Shown: piece by piece, positions 49,488-60,929 of the stretch
How the letters are laid out: every line of letters starts with the position of its first letter
Position numbering within the stretch: position 1 is the first letter of the stretch
Assembly: GCF_006345805.1 (NCBI RefSeq)
Contig: NC_043007.1
Span: 41,602,001-41,666,000 of the forward strand
DNA from: Octopus sinensis
Taxonomy: Eukaryota
Direction: 5' to 3'
Length of the DNA: 64,000 bases
Program-made: the position numbers and the translations under genes
The notes under the pieces: generated by a model
Seen by the model: only the letters and a program-made list of their open reading frames with translations
The model's database searches: none
Told to the model about the DNA's origin: nothing

Positions 49488-51925
49488 CGGCGAAAAGAGA
49501 CAAACAGAAGAAGAGAGGGAAAGAAGGAGAAAGCATATATTTAAATGCTGTCTTATTTCAAAATTATATTTTGAAAAATTAATATGCAGTTTCAAATAAC
49601 ACAGAGGGTAAAAAATAATTTTGTCATAGTTTAGTTCGTAAATTTGTTTCCCTTTCTAAAAAAATTAGGTATTATGCTCAATGATACATGTGTATGAGTG
49701 TATTCATTAACAGAGAAATAAAATAATACAAGAAAAGCAATCCATTGGCTTACAGCTGTTTCTGCTGTAGGTAAGTGTACGTCCAGAGCTGACTGCTCAT
49801 GCAACATCTTATAGCTTTGTTGGAGCCATTAAAATAAAGTTTATCTTTATTTCATGAAAATAAACCAAATTCATAAAGTATAATACCGGCATATTTCTAA
49901 ATTTATAAATTTTGATGCAAAATAATTATTATTTTCTATTTTCTGTATTTGAAACTCTGTACAAACTTCTCAGAGACATGATTTTTGAATGAGATTTTTA
50001 ATAGCAACAGCATTCATACATCAGATGAACTTATTGAATCAGTGGCAAATATCACTAGATGCTGAGTAGATGAACTTTCAACAAACTGTCAATGACCAAG
50101 ATCAACAAATTCAGTTAGCAAACAACTGCTATCATCTGTAGTCATGGCTTACACAGACATGTCATTTAGCTGTGAAAAGACCAATATGACTTGCTGTCCA
50201 AGCAAGCTGCCCTATCAGATAAAGAGGATATATTCTATGTGAAATATAGAATATTTTTAATATATAGATAAAAGGATATATTCTATGTGAAAGTCTCCCA
50301 ACACTTATTACAGATACTGGTAACATCATTTTAAGTATACACTGATATTAATATATCAATAAATTTAGACACCAAACAATAAAAGGATAAATTATTTTCT
50401 ATCTTCCATGGTAACTGAAACCACTAACTTTTCAAAAATATAACCATCTTCACAACTGTGAATACTGTTACCCTTTCAACCTGTAACACTTACATGTTTC
50501 TGATGATTTAACATGAAATATTATTTGCATATTACAAGCAATAATCACTATGTTAATAAAGCATACAAAATATATAATATAGTTCAACTAAATATCTTAT
50601 AAACAATCTTACATAATTTTTAAATGAAGAATTTAATAACATATTTAGATATTAAACTTGTCAGGCTGTTCCTGGCATACCAGAAATTTCAGACTTGACA
50701 CTCTGTTGAAAAGCAATATAGTAAGAATAGGGAAACCCCATGTTAAAACCAGGTAAATCAATCTAGTTAGTATAAAGATTTGTCATCATTGCAGTATTCG
50801 TTTATGAATGTCTTCTCGGTGTTAAGGTGTTCTTTAGAATAATATTTCTGATTTATTTTGACCATACAAGCAGTCATGTCTAGAAAGAAACGGCATAAGC
50901 ATAGCATGTTTACAACAGGAGAAATATTACAGGAAATAGAATGTTCCGATGAGGATGAACAGAAATGCAATCAAATGTATCCCAAAGATGATTTTGAATC
51001 AATTGTTTAGTAAAGAAGTTTTGAGGTTGAAGATGAAACAGAAGGTAGTGTTCATATTTCACAAATAGAAAAATGAAATGATGTACCACAAAAATAATAA
51101 GAAAGACTGGTGCACCAGTGTGCAATACTGGAATTAGACTGAAGACTTGTTAATTCTAACCCTTTTGATACTAACCTTCCTGAAACTGCCCCTTGTTCGA
51201 TGGTATAAACTTCCTGTTTTAAAGTGATCTAAATTAAAACCTGTCATCAAAATTTCATGTTAATTTGTTTCAAACACCATAGAGCTGATCTGTCAGCCCA
51301 CACACATGTGCACAAACAAACAAAAAGGAACGCAGTGTAAATAACGGACAGAGTCAAGACTATTGAAAAAGTTGCAAGACACAACGAAAATTTTAGGAAA
51401 ATGAAAATAAAAAATAAGTGGAAATTTTACTGGTGAGTGTGTTACATTATAAGGCACAAAAAGAAAATGACTCTCCCCAGACACAACAGAATATGCTTCA
51501 ACACATGAACTCATATAAAGAATATTGCAAACCAAATCCAAAAACGAAATATATATATAGTTTTATATATGTAAAGTAATTAGTTTACAAAAAAATTATA
51601 GAAATTAAAGTAAGGGCATGCCCTCTGTAGGGCTTGTAGAAAGGGCTCTGTCTTCTTGGTATTGAAACTCCAAATGAGGCTCTGTCTACAAAAGGTTAAT
51701 AATGGTAAAGCTATTTTACTAACTTCTCCATTATTTTCAAAACTATCTGAAAGAAAGGCAGTGTATTTCAACAGAAATATACTAACAAAATGGTTAACTC
51801 TTTGTCTCTCCTGTGAATCACTTGTGAAAGACAGGATATATTTCCCTGGAGCCCATCTGTTATATGTGATGCACATTCCCGATTTCCTTCAACTACCAGA
51901 GTAACTTCAATGAAGGGAAAGCTTA

Positions 51926-52088
51926 GGTGCAAGTGTGGCTATGTGGTAAGAAGCTTGCTTCCCAACCACATGGTTCCAGGTTCAGTCCCACTGTGTGACA
52001 CCTTAAGTAAGTGTGTTCTGCTATAGCCTTGGGCTGACCAAAAGTCTTGTGAATGGATTTGGCTGACAGAAACCAAAAAAAGCCCATC

Positions 52089-52136
<48 letters not shown>

Positions 52137-52175
52137 GTGTTTATGCTTGTCTCCCATTACCGCTTAACAACTGGA
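51926..52175 (+). mobile_element. SINE family A, 3'-truncated
   Basis: Head, core and internal (TG)n. Confidence 0.8.
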
Positions 52176-52269
52176 ACTAAGTCTGAAGATACGTGCAGAC
52201 TGTGTTCATATTTGTATTATATATGTCAGAGAGGATTTCACTAAGGTATGCTACAGACCACTCACACAT

Positions 52270-52483
52270 CCTTTACCAGACTGTCAATTTGCTACGGACA
52301 ATGAAGCACAAGAAGCAGTGCATCAATGGCTGCATGGCCAGCCAAAACCCTTCTCTAATGAAATAAGCAAGCTTCTAAAGCAAGGAAACATTGTTGGAAA
52401 ATGATGTAATTTTTCAACACCTGCTTTTTGTTTTCATAAGTTACAGAAACAAGAGCGTGTACAATTTTTGACTTACCCTAGTA
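52270..52483 (+). mobile_element. Mariner 3' end fragment with TIR
   Basis: TDNEAQEAVHQWLHGQPKPF resembles the mariner C-terminus; ends gtacaatttttgacttaccctagta. Confidence 0.55.
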
Positions 52484-52503
52484 CATATACATACAAACAC
52501 ACA

Positions 52504-52546
<43 letters not shown>

Positions 52547-53379
52547 TACACACATATATATATGCATGTATGTGGGGTGTATTTGTGTGTATACATACAT
52601 AAGAATAAATTTTGTATGAGGAAGTGGGGATAGACAGAAGCAGGAGCAGGGATTTTTATTCTGGAAATGCAACATTTAGAATGAATTTTGTAAGTAATAT
52701 TTTCATCTGGAATTTTCTATTGTTTTATATAAAAATTCTATATTAAAATACCATCAAGAATATTTCTGGAGAAAGGAAATTCTAAATAAATATTTCAGTG
52801 TCTAATTAAATGAGGGGTCATCTAATTTAACACTCTGTTGAGCAGTTTGTTTCCAGTTTGGTGCCTTCAGGAATTTTAATGTGCTTCAAAATAAACATGA
52901 AGCTATACCGGGTGTTGTTAAGTGGCTGAAACGTCTGACGGAAGAAGCCAGGAATGTTACAATTAAACAAAGGAGTTTCTTGCCAGTCACTTGACCTACT
53001 AGAAAATAGGAGAAACATTTTGGTTAATATAGTCCCAGATACACAATGCCTGAGAAAATCATATGTCCGTTCCCTCAGAGCAAACATGGTGATAAACAAT
53101 AATAACAACATGGAATACTGCTAAGTTAACCATATCGTGTTTATTGATAGTAATTCATCCCTCATTTTATGTTGCCTGCTGCCTACAGCTGTTTCATTTA
53201 AAGGATTATACTCAGTCATATAATTTTTGTTTTAAGAGCTGATGTTGACACTTGGTGCTTGTTGTTCATATGATGTTTGTAAATAATCTGGTTCAATCCC
53301 AGTGTACTCCAAACATAAAGTTGATTATATCACACAGGCTCAATCCACCAGCTGAGGCTGGTTACTAATGCAGAGACAT

Positions 53380-54010
53380 TACCACATGTCAACTGTGTTG
53401 GCTTCTGTAATATTGAGACTATCACATATGAGGCACAGAGATCAAATCTACAAACACAAGCTGCAATGCCAACCTGAAGTGTCACATCAATATGTTGGAG
53501 GAGAAGCTCACGAAATATTGAAAGGCAAAACATTACAAATGGCTGTAAGCTATGCCAGGCTGTTGTAAGGAAAAAAGCACAGCATATGATATCAGTTGGA
53601 AAACTGCAGTAAAATGTAAGCCCCACATGAATGCTAGCAGAAAATGTAGGCTTTGCACTGCCAAAAAGAGATTAATCAACAAGAACTCTAACTCAGATGA
53701 TTATACCAAACATCAAATCAGAGAATTTCAGTCTTTGCAAAGTACAGAAAGAAATTTATCTTCCCCAACTGGGCACACCCACCGTAAAACCCAAGAGTGA
53801 GTCAATCATAGATTGCCTTTTATCAAATGTTTAACTGTGTCCCTCCTCCCCTCTTTCTCTCTCCTTCATTTGTCTTTCTTTTGTGTATACATACATATGT
53901 TTACAGTTATGCTTAAGTGTGTGAGTACAAGCGGGTATATGGGAAGAGAATACACTATTTTTGCAGGACCAGCAGAGATTGCTTAGCTTGTGAACTCAGA
54001 GTAGTATTTC
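53380..54010 (+). mobile_element. Decayed Penelope-like element 3' part (GIY-YIG endonuclease)
   Basis: QIYKHK...HQYVG followed by YDISWKTAVKCKPHMNASRKCRLCTAKKRLI, the W..C.LC..EK motif of Penelope GIY-YIG; frameshifted. Confidence 0.7.
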
Positions 54011-54283
54011 TTCTGTCATATGTATTATAACTAATTTTATAAGACGTTTTTTAATTCCTTGCATATATTCTCTTTAATAGAAGTACGTAGACCTTCCTAG
54101 TCCCAAATGTTTATAATTGCTTAAAGTCAAAGATTGTAATGAGCTACTGCAATGGAAGCTACATAAATGGTCCAAAATTGACAGTAGAATGACACTTATG
54201 TAGTCAATATATTATTTTAAATAATATTTGTATGAGTGTGTATATTGTCATTTTAACACTTGTCATGTTCACATAGGCTAGAC

Positions 54284-55954
54284 GAGGGGTCACTAAACTT
54301 TTTTCACAGTGGGTCAGATAACGGAGAATGATGAACGCAGGCTGCATAACCATTTTGTTCAATACAATACAGTGAATACACAAAAAAATAAAGACAACCA
54401 ACATATTTCTCCGTCTTTTACTTGTTTCAGTCATTTGACTGCGGCCATGCTGGAGCAACGCCTTTAGTCGAGTGAATCGACCCCAGGATTTATTCTTTGT
54501 AAGCCTAGTACTTATTCTATCGGTCTTTTTTGCTGAACCACTAAGTTACAAGAGCATAAACACACCAGCATTGGTTGTCAAGCGATGTTAGGGGGACAAA
54601 CACAGACACACAAACTCTCACACTATACATATATACGATGGGCTTCTTTCAGTTTCCGTCTACCAAATCCACTCACAAGGTTTTGGTCGGCCCAAGGCTA
54701 TAGTAGAAGACAAAGTGCCATGCAATGGAACTGAACCTGGAACTATGTGGTTGGTAAGCAAACTACTTACCACACAGCAAAATTTATCAAAGAAGGCAAC
54801 GTTAGCATTAAGATAGTTATATCACACACAATGCACACATATCCAAATCTCACAAACTAAATAGCAAAAAAGGTTAGTGAGATTTGTGAAACTGGTGTTT
54901 AGCTTTTGAGATATCATCAATACTTGCTTTGGAATTGCTGCATTCAACCAAGAGAATTGCTTTTAAATGTTCATCAGTCAACCTCGTTTGATGTGCTAAC
55001 TTTGCATACTTCATTTTTGAAAATGCTTGCTCACAAACATTAGTTGTTCCTAACACTCATGCCATACTAGAGGCGAATTTCTTCAACTTTGAAAACTCAT
55101 CATCAGGTAAGCAGCGACAAAGTTCAACAAGTTTTCCTTCTCTGTGTTTCTCTTTCAACAAGTCACTTGCTTGCAAATCAATGAGCTCCAACTATAGTTC
55201 AAATGGCACATCATCAAGGTTACAAACAAATGGATTCTGGAACAGAAGAATTTCACTCAATTCTGTCAAGATCTGAAAATCTTTCAAAAAATTACTTATT
55301 TAAGTCACAAATAATCTTCTTCAGAAACTGGAGGTTGATACCTTCTGTGATTCCAGCATGAAACTTTGAAACACTGAAAATGAGAGAAGTTTCCTCTTTC
55401 CACTTGTGTTTCAAACAATGATAGCTTTCCCCAAAATACTTTGATGATTCTGTAGAGATCACAGATACGGTTATCCTTTCCCTGAAGTTTCAATTTCAAT
55501 TCATTCATGTGGAATGTGATATCAACCAAAAATGACAACTTTAACAGCCCGATAGGATCTGACAGAAGTGGATCAGCTCTATCCTTTTTGATGAGAAAAA
55601 CATCTATTTCTCTTCAGAGCTTATAAAAATGACACAGGACTTTACCACAGCTGAACCACCTCAATGCTGTGTAATAAGGCAAGTCACAGAATTCAGAATC
55701 AATTTCTTCAAGAAAAACCTGGAACCGGTGTTGATTAAGTGCTTGAACTTGAATGCAGTTCACCACAGAAACGACTGGTTTCAGTATGCAAGAAATATTT
55801 AAGTCTTTCCTACAGAGTGCTTGCTGATGTACAATACAGTGTATAAACAGAACACCTGGGAGTTGAAGATCTTCCTATTTAGTCCTGATCTGTCCCACCA
55901 GACCCTTCTTCACTCTGGATCCACCTCGCCTGTTCAATGAAAGCAATACAATCC
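54284..55954 (-). mobile_element. hAT transposon (SPIN/GTF2IRD2-like), 3' two-thirds, degenerate
   Basis: Reads CIVHQQALC, YTALRWFSCGKVL, FLVDITFHMNELKLKLQGK, GTTNVCEQAFSKMK..RLTDEHL; terminal gaggggtcactaaact at ~54284; SINE A inserted at 54410-54778. Confidence 0.85.
54410..54778 (-). mobile_element. SINE family A nested in the hAT 3' region
   Basis: Aligns with 38470-38833. Confidence 0.85.
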
Positions 55955-56420
55955 CATGTTCTAGAGGCAGCGATTATCACTTGGAAATATAAGGGTGAGG
56001 ATGTCTTCATTCCACGTATCCCGTTAATGCAATCTGACCTCCCTTTGAATTTAAACGGCTCCAGTTCCCAGTGAGACTAACTTTTGCTATGTCAATAAAC
56101 AAATCTCATGGACAATCTATCAAGGTTGTTGAACTTAACCTTGCTTCTCTCATGGGTAGTTATATGTAGGATGTTCGCGAGTTGGAAAGCCCAAAACTCT
56201 TTATTTGTACACCAGTTAAAGGACACCCTGAAAACATTGCATATTTAGAAGTTCTACAAAATTGAACCGCGATTGATTTCAGGATTTCTTTTAATAACTT
56301 TGTTTATATTTATGTCATCTCATAGAATTTTTCAGAAAATATATTTTTTTATCAGAATGAATATATTTATTTCCTTTAACATTCCTTAAACTTCCGAGCA
56401 ACGCAGGATACTTAGACTAG
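55955..56420 (+). mobile_element. Helitron 3' end (PIF1-like helicase C-terminus plus CTAG terminus)
   Basis: HVLEAAIITWKYKGEDVFIPRIPLM, FKRLQFPVRLTFAMSINKSHGQS, SHG.LYVGCSRV; 3' ccgagcaacgcagg...CTAG|T at 56417-56421. Confidence 0.88.
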
Positions 56421-56679
56421 TGTGTGTGTGTGTGTGTGTGTGTGGTGTGTATACACACACACACGTACGTATATATACACACACATACACGTGTTCTACT
56501 ATGTTTGTGTAAACGTGTATGTATTTTATATACACATATCTATATCCATATATCTCTTTCTCTTTCTTTCTCTCCTTCTCAGACAGGCAGATAGACAGAC
56601 AGACACACAAACATACATATACTCATCTACTAATTTCCTTCCTTCCCACTATATTTCACACCTTTTATCTATGTTAGAG

Positions 56680-56895
56680 GAAGATGGGTTGGCAAAACCG
56701 TAAAAGTGCCGGAAAAAAATATTTTACGGTAATTATTCCGTCCCTCTACGTTCCGAGTTCGATTCCCACCGGAGTCAACTTTGCCCTTCGTTATTCTGAG
56801 ATAAAATAAAGAACCACTCAAATACTGGGGCTGATTTAATCACCGTACATTTCCAACCCACAAATTTGTGACACATTATTATTATTATTACTATT
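56680..56895 (+). mobile_element. SINE family B, diverged
   Basis: acgttccgagttcgattcccaccggagtcaactttgccc core; (ATT)n tail. Confidence 0.6.
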
Positions 56896-56959
56896 AGCAG
56901 CAGCAGTAGTAGTGGTGGTAGTGGTAGTAGTAGTATGATGAACAGTTTTCATGTACGTA

Positions 56960-57135
56960 TTAGTTTGGCAATTGCGCGTCACGTGAAATTCTCTTGACAA
57001 ACTCAGTGCTGAAGTTTGCAGGAATTTGGTTAACAGCAATAATGTCAAGGTCCTTGATATTATATAAGCGGCCCACATTAAGAAATGGGGGTAAAACAGC
57101 AAATAAGACACGCAGCACACACATAATATAAGCGT
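56960..57135 (-). CDS. Candidate 5' exon encoding a signal-peptide-like N-terminus
   Basis: Acceptor tatatttcatcacag|A at 57135. Two frames are open: (M)NAYIMCVLRVLFAVLPPFLNVG..LPN* if spliced from ATG-A|GTAAGT at 57370-57367, or MWAAYIISRTLTLLLLTKFLQTSA.. from ATG 57078 with a weak donor at 56957. Confidence 0.33.
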
Positions 57136-57380
57136 CTGTGATGAAATATAATATACACAAGAGTTTTTGTGCGTGCTCAAACACGCACGCATACATCTGT
57201 GTTTAGAAACGTGTGCGAATGTACAAGCAAATATAATGTTATATTTGTGTGTGTATGTATAAAGCACACACACACACAAACACACACATACACAAATGTA
57301 TATAAAATGCAAAGGGATTCCCGTCGATTTCTATGATGAGTAAGTTCGATCAACGAAACAACTTACTCATTGTATGAGCG

Positions 57381-58063
57381 TGTAGTGATGCTACAGGGGG
57401 TCACCAATTGTAACGTGAAAGGATCTATCATCGAAGCACTGGCAGGGTGTCGAGATCCTTTCTAGTCACATACAAAAATTCTTGTAGAAAACAAACAAAC
57501 GAAACTCAGGTTAAAGGTGAACAGACAACTTGGTTTATTGATTCATAGTATGTACCAAGTCTTCTGGGGGATCGGCAAGCCTTCTATTTTCTGCAGCACC
57601 ACCACAATATTCTGGTTGCCGTACTTCGCACTCGGAGGGGAGCCCTGTAGTGATGCTACAGTGTAGGGTTCGGCGCGCATGCGCAGAATGGGACTACTTC
57701 CGGGTGGCCACCGGAAGTCTTCCCCATGCGCATGTGCGGGAAAACATCTCTCGAGCCCGCGAACCTCAAATCGCTCTCTTCGGCTCAAGACAGCACTGCG
57801 ATCGGTCACGGTTTTCCTGGCTCTGACAGCCACACACCAACTTCAACCAACTTCAACCAACCTCAACGACCAACACCAGCAGTATATCAGAGGCTGTCTA
57901 TTCCCCCATCAGACAACGTACAACCATGAATCAATAAACCAAGTTGTCTGTTCACCTTTAACCTGAGTTTCGTCTGTTTGTTTTCTACAAGAATTTTTGT
58001 ATGTGACTAGAAAGGATCTCGACACCCTGCCAGTGCTTCGATGATAGATCCTTTCACGTTACA
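57381..58063 (+). mobile_element. Rearranged Gypsy-type LTR retrotransposon derivative (683 bp)
   Basis: TG...CA ends; TSD AGCG (57377-57380 / 58064-58067); PPT GGAGGGGAG 57634-57642 before a 418-bp LTR 57646-58063 with AATAAA; inverted LTR 3' end 57409-57546 followed (minus strand) by PBS TGGTGACCCC 57406-57397. Confidence 0.88.
57675..57735. promoter_or_regulatory. Palindromic NRF1-like/ETS-like motif cluster in the LTR U3
   Basis: GCGCATGCGC 57675-57684, ACTTCCGG 57696-57703, CCGGAAGT 57711-57718, ATGCGCAT 57726-57733. Confidence 0.5.
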
Positions 58064-58424
58064 AGCGTGTATGTGTCCGAATATTCTACAGTGACGAACC
58101 ATTGACTTAATTTCCAGGGAGAATCAGCCCGACAGTGTGTGATAAGACTAGAACTTTGAATTTACCAGTACAATCCAACCGACAAGCTTACAAACCCCGT
58201 TTTCGTTTGCCGTATTTTCAGTTATAAGAACACTGGCGGCAATCTTTCGGAATTAGTCGACGACGTCTTTCACCCATATCTATATCACGAGGGAATGTTG
58301 TGTGGATGAATGACGTCTACTAATACCGAAAGATTGTCACACTAGCACCACATTCTTCGCAGCGAGACCAATACCTGGGTCCACATTATTGCGAAAACTT
58401 CTTAATCACTTGGTGTTACCTGCA

Positions 58425-58463
<39 letters not shown>

Positions 58464-58546
58464 GTTTTAAAATACCTTGTGGTTTTGGAGTGTACGTATT
58501 TAGCAAACTAACTACTAAAACATTTACTTTTACATTCTAGGTAACT

Positions 58547-58975
58547 ATGGCACCCAGTGGTAAAACAAAAATTATAAAGAAGCATACATCAAATTTAATA
58601 TCAGTGGAGGGTAAAATGAAAAAAGTTCTCCCTACAATGTATTGTTTGCCAAAGTTTCATTTAAGTTCAGAGATTGAAGCCAAGCTTTCTGAAACGACAT
58701 TTCTGTAACTAGATGATCCTCATCAAATTGACAAACATCAATTGCATTCCAAACAGAAAATAAATGAAACATATTCGACTTAATCAGAGTGGGTAGTTAT
58801 AAAGACAAAATGAAACTAATTTACTTTACTACCCACAAGATAGCTCCTAAAAACTGCAAAAACTAATATACCCACATATGGTTGCTGAAATATTCATAAT
58901 TTATGACAAGCAAAGGAACTGCTTAATCAGCCAATGTGAAATGATAACGTTTGTTGAAAGATACCTTATAATTAT
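58547..58975 (+). mobile_element. Decayed Buster-type hAT transposase N-terminal fragment
   Basis: MAPSGKTK..AYIKF, PTMYCL, RLKPSFLKRHF (cf. MKPSKLKRHL), HMVAE; heavily frameshifted. Confidence 0.45.
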
Positions 58976-60280
58976 AAACGATATACACGGTAGTTCAAAA
59001 ATATTAGAGGCTACGCTAGAAATTTTTACTTGAGTTTATACACATGTAAGAAGTATATAACTGAATAACTGATGGGTGTACGAAATGAAGCAAGAAAATG
59101 AAGTTGTTGCGGAATTTATACAACTGTTTACATATCTATATCCTTAAAGTTGACTACCAATAAGCAAGTGAAAGGCGGAAAGCAAAGACTCATGCGGATG
59201 AAACTTGTTAATGTATAACTGAAATGATGAAGAGCTCCCTGGAACTGACAAAGAAACCACCTATTTATTTTTTCTTGGGGTTGCCAATATATATATACCT
59301 ATCTCAAAGCTTAACTGTGTCACCGCGATTGAAAATTAAGTCAAGTTTATCTAAGTTAACCTTTGCTTCGTGTAAGATAATGGCGAATTTCGAGCAGGTT
59401 AAACGAAAGGATTTTACGTGTACATTTAGAGAACAAAGGAGACACACGTAAAGATTCAAGTTTCGATCACTTCATATCTATCAACTGGTACATACAAGAT
59501 ATAAATGAAGGATTCGAATTTTTAAAACAATTTGTTTTGTCAAGCCTTGGTGAGCACAACAAAAGAAGACATATATGAAGTTGTACATAGTTTCTGTGTG
59601 AAAAAAGGTCTTTCTTGGTAAATGATAGTCGGTTGCTGCATAACCGATGCAGTTCCCACAATACTGGGTTTTCTTAACAGTGTCTAATGTAAAGCGTGAT
59701 GTAAAAAACATGAACTGTATGGTTAATAGGTATGCATTGTCTTTGAAGACACTGCCTCCATTTCTCAGATCTGTTTTCTATAACGTACGAACGATGAACT
59801 TCGTCAAATCTAGTCTTCTGAACACAAGTATACTGCTTCTGTTGTGTAAAGAATAAAATGCTGAGGAAGATGTGCTTTTGTTTCACGCAAAACCGAGATG
59901 GTTTTCAATAGTCGTAGTCGTTGCAATGATGAAAGATTAATCTAAAGAATTCTTTTCGTTCGAGAAAACAGAATAAAGTGATCAAGTTCACTTCTCATAA
60001 ACGGATTGCAAAGCTAACCTTCCTAAACGATTTTTTTCTTATTACTCAATGCAGTTAACAAGATACTTTAAGGCATCTAGTTACCGTTATACAGACTTCT
60101 TAGTCAACAAATTAAGAGCATTTTGGATGAAACTTGAGCTGTAGAACGATAAGCTGGAAATGGGTCATGACAATGTTTTAGAGAATATGAGTCAAATTTC
60201 TACACTACTACAAGTGGAGGACAAAAAATAACGTCAGTATGTTGGACCAGGCCTACTTCGTTTTGATATGTAAAAGCACG

Positions 60281-60530
60281 TGGCTAAGTGGTTAGGGCGT
60301 TGCACTCAAGATCGTGGTTTCGATTCTCAGACCAGTTGTGTTCTTGAGTAAAACCCCTCACTTCACGTTACTCTAATCCACTCAAGTGTAAATGGGTAAA
60401 CCTGCGACGAGCATTACCCCCTTTGAAGAGGAATGTTGGCCTGTTCGCCTAACCAACGGGATGGCATCATTCAAAAGCAACAGCAATGCGAGGAAGCAAC
60501 GACATCCGATAATCTGGTCGATACAGTGAT
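60281..60530 (+). mobile_element. SINE family C3
   Basis: tggctaagtggtt A box, ggtttcgattc B box, ccactcaagtgtaaatgggtaaacctgcgacg core. Confidence 0.7.
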
Positions 60531-60534
60531 ATAG

Positions 60535-60880
60535 TGAAGGCGCATGGCTGAGTGGTTATAGTGTCGGGTTCACAATCATGAGGTAGTGAGTCCGATTCCC
60601 AGACCGGACTGTGTGTTGTGTTCTTGAGCAAGACACTTTATTTTACGTTGCACCAGTTCATTCAACTGTAGAAATTAGTTGCGACGTCACTGATGCCAAG
60701 CTGCATCAGACTTTGCCTTTCTTTTGGAACACTGGTGGCGTGGAGAGGGGAGGCCGGTATGCAAGGGCGACTGCTGGTCTTCCATAAAAACAACCTTACT
60801 CGGACTTGTGTGCCTTAGAGAGGAACTTTCTAGGTGCAATCCCATTAACATTCATGACCAATGGGGTTTTTTACCCCTTT
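60535..60880 (+). mobile_element. SINE family C2
   Basis: Aligns with the reverse complement of 3116-3435. Confidence 0.8.
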
Positions 60881-60929
60881 ATAGTGACATAATGAAATAG
60901 TGTACTATTTTCCTATTATTAATGGATTG

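Larger units (their letters stand above)
56900..58420. promoter_or_regulatory. CpG-rich region; candidate promoter/5' end of the minus-strand gene
   Basis: ~18 CpG in 58081-58440 versus 0 in 50101-50460 (manual counts); contains candidate first exons. Confidence 0.4.

Noticed and set aside
50876-51120. MSRKKR..FTTGEILQEIECSDEDE resembling a piggyBac transposase N-terminus
   Set aside because: Generic acidic N-terminus only, with no catalytic motifs or TIR found; too weak to call.
53955-54005. Second hammerhead at the Penelope fragment 3' end
   Set aside because: CUGANGA and GAAA cores are not intact and the helices cannot be assigned.
57409-58063. Interpretation as a DIRS element or a DNA transposon with long TIRs
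   Set aside because: The 4-bp TSD flanks 57381, not 57409, and the PBS, PPT and duplicated LTR 5' end fit an integrase-type LTR element.
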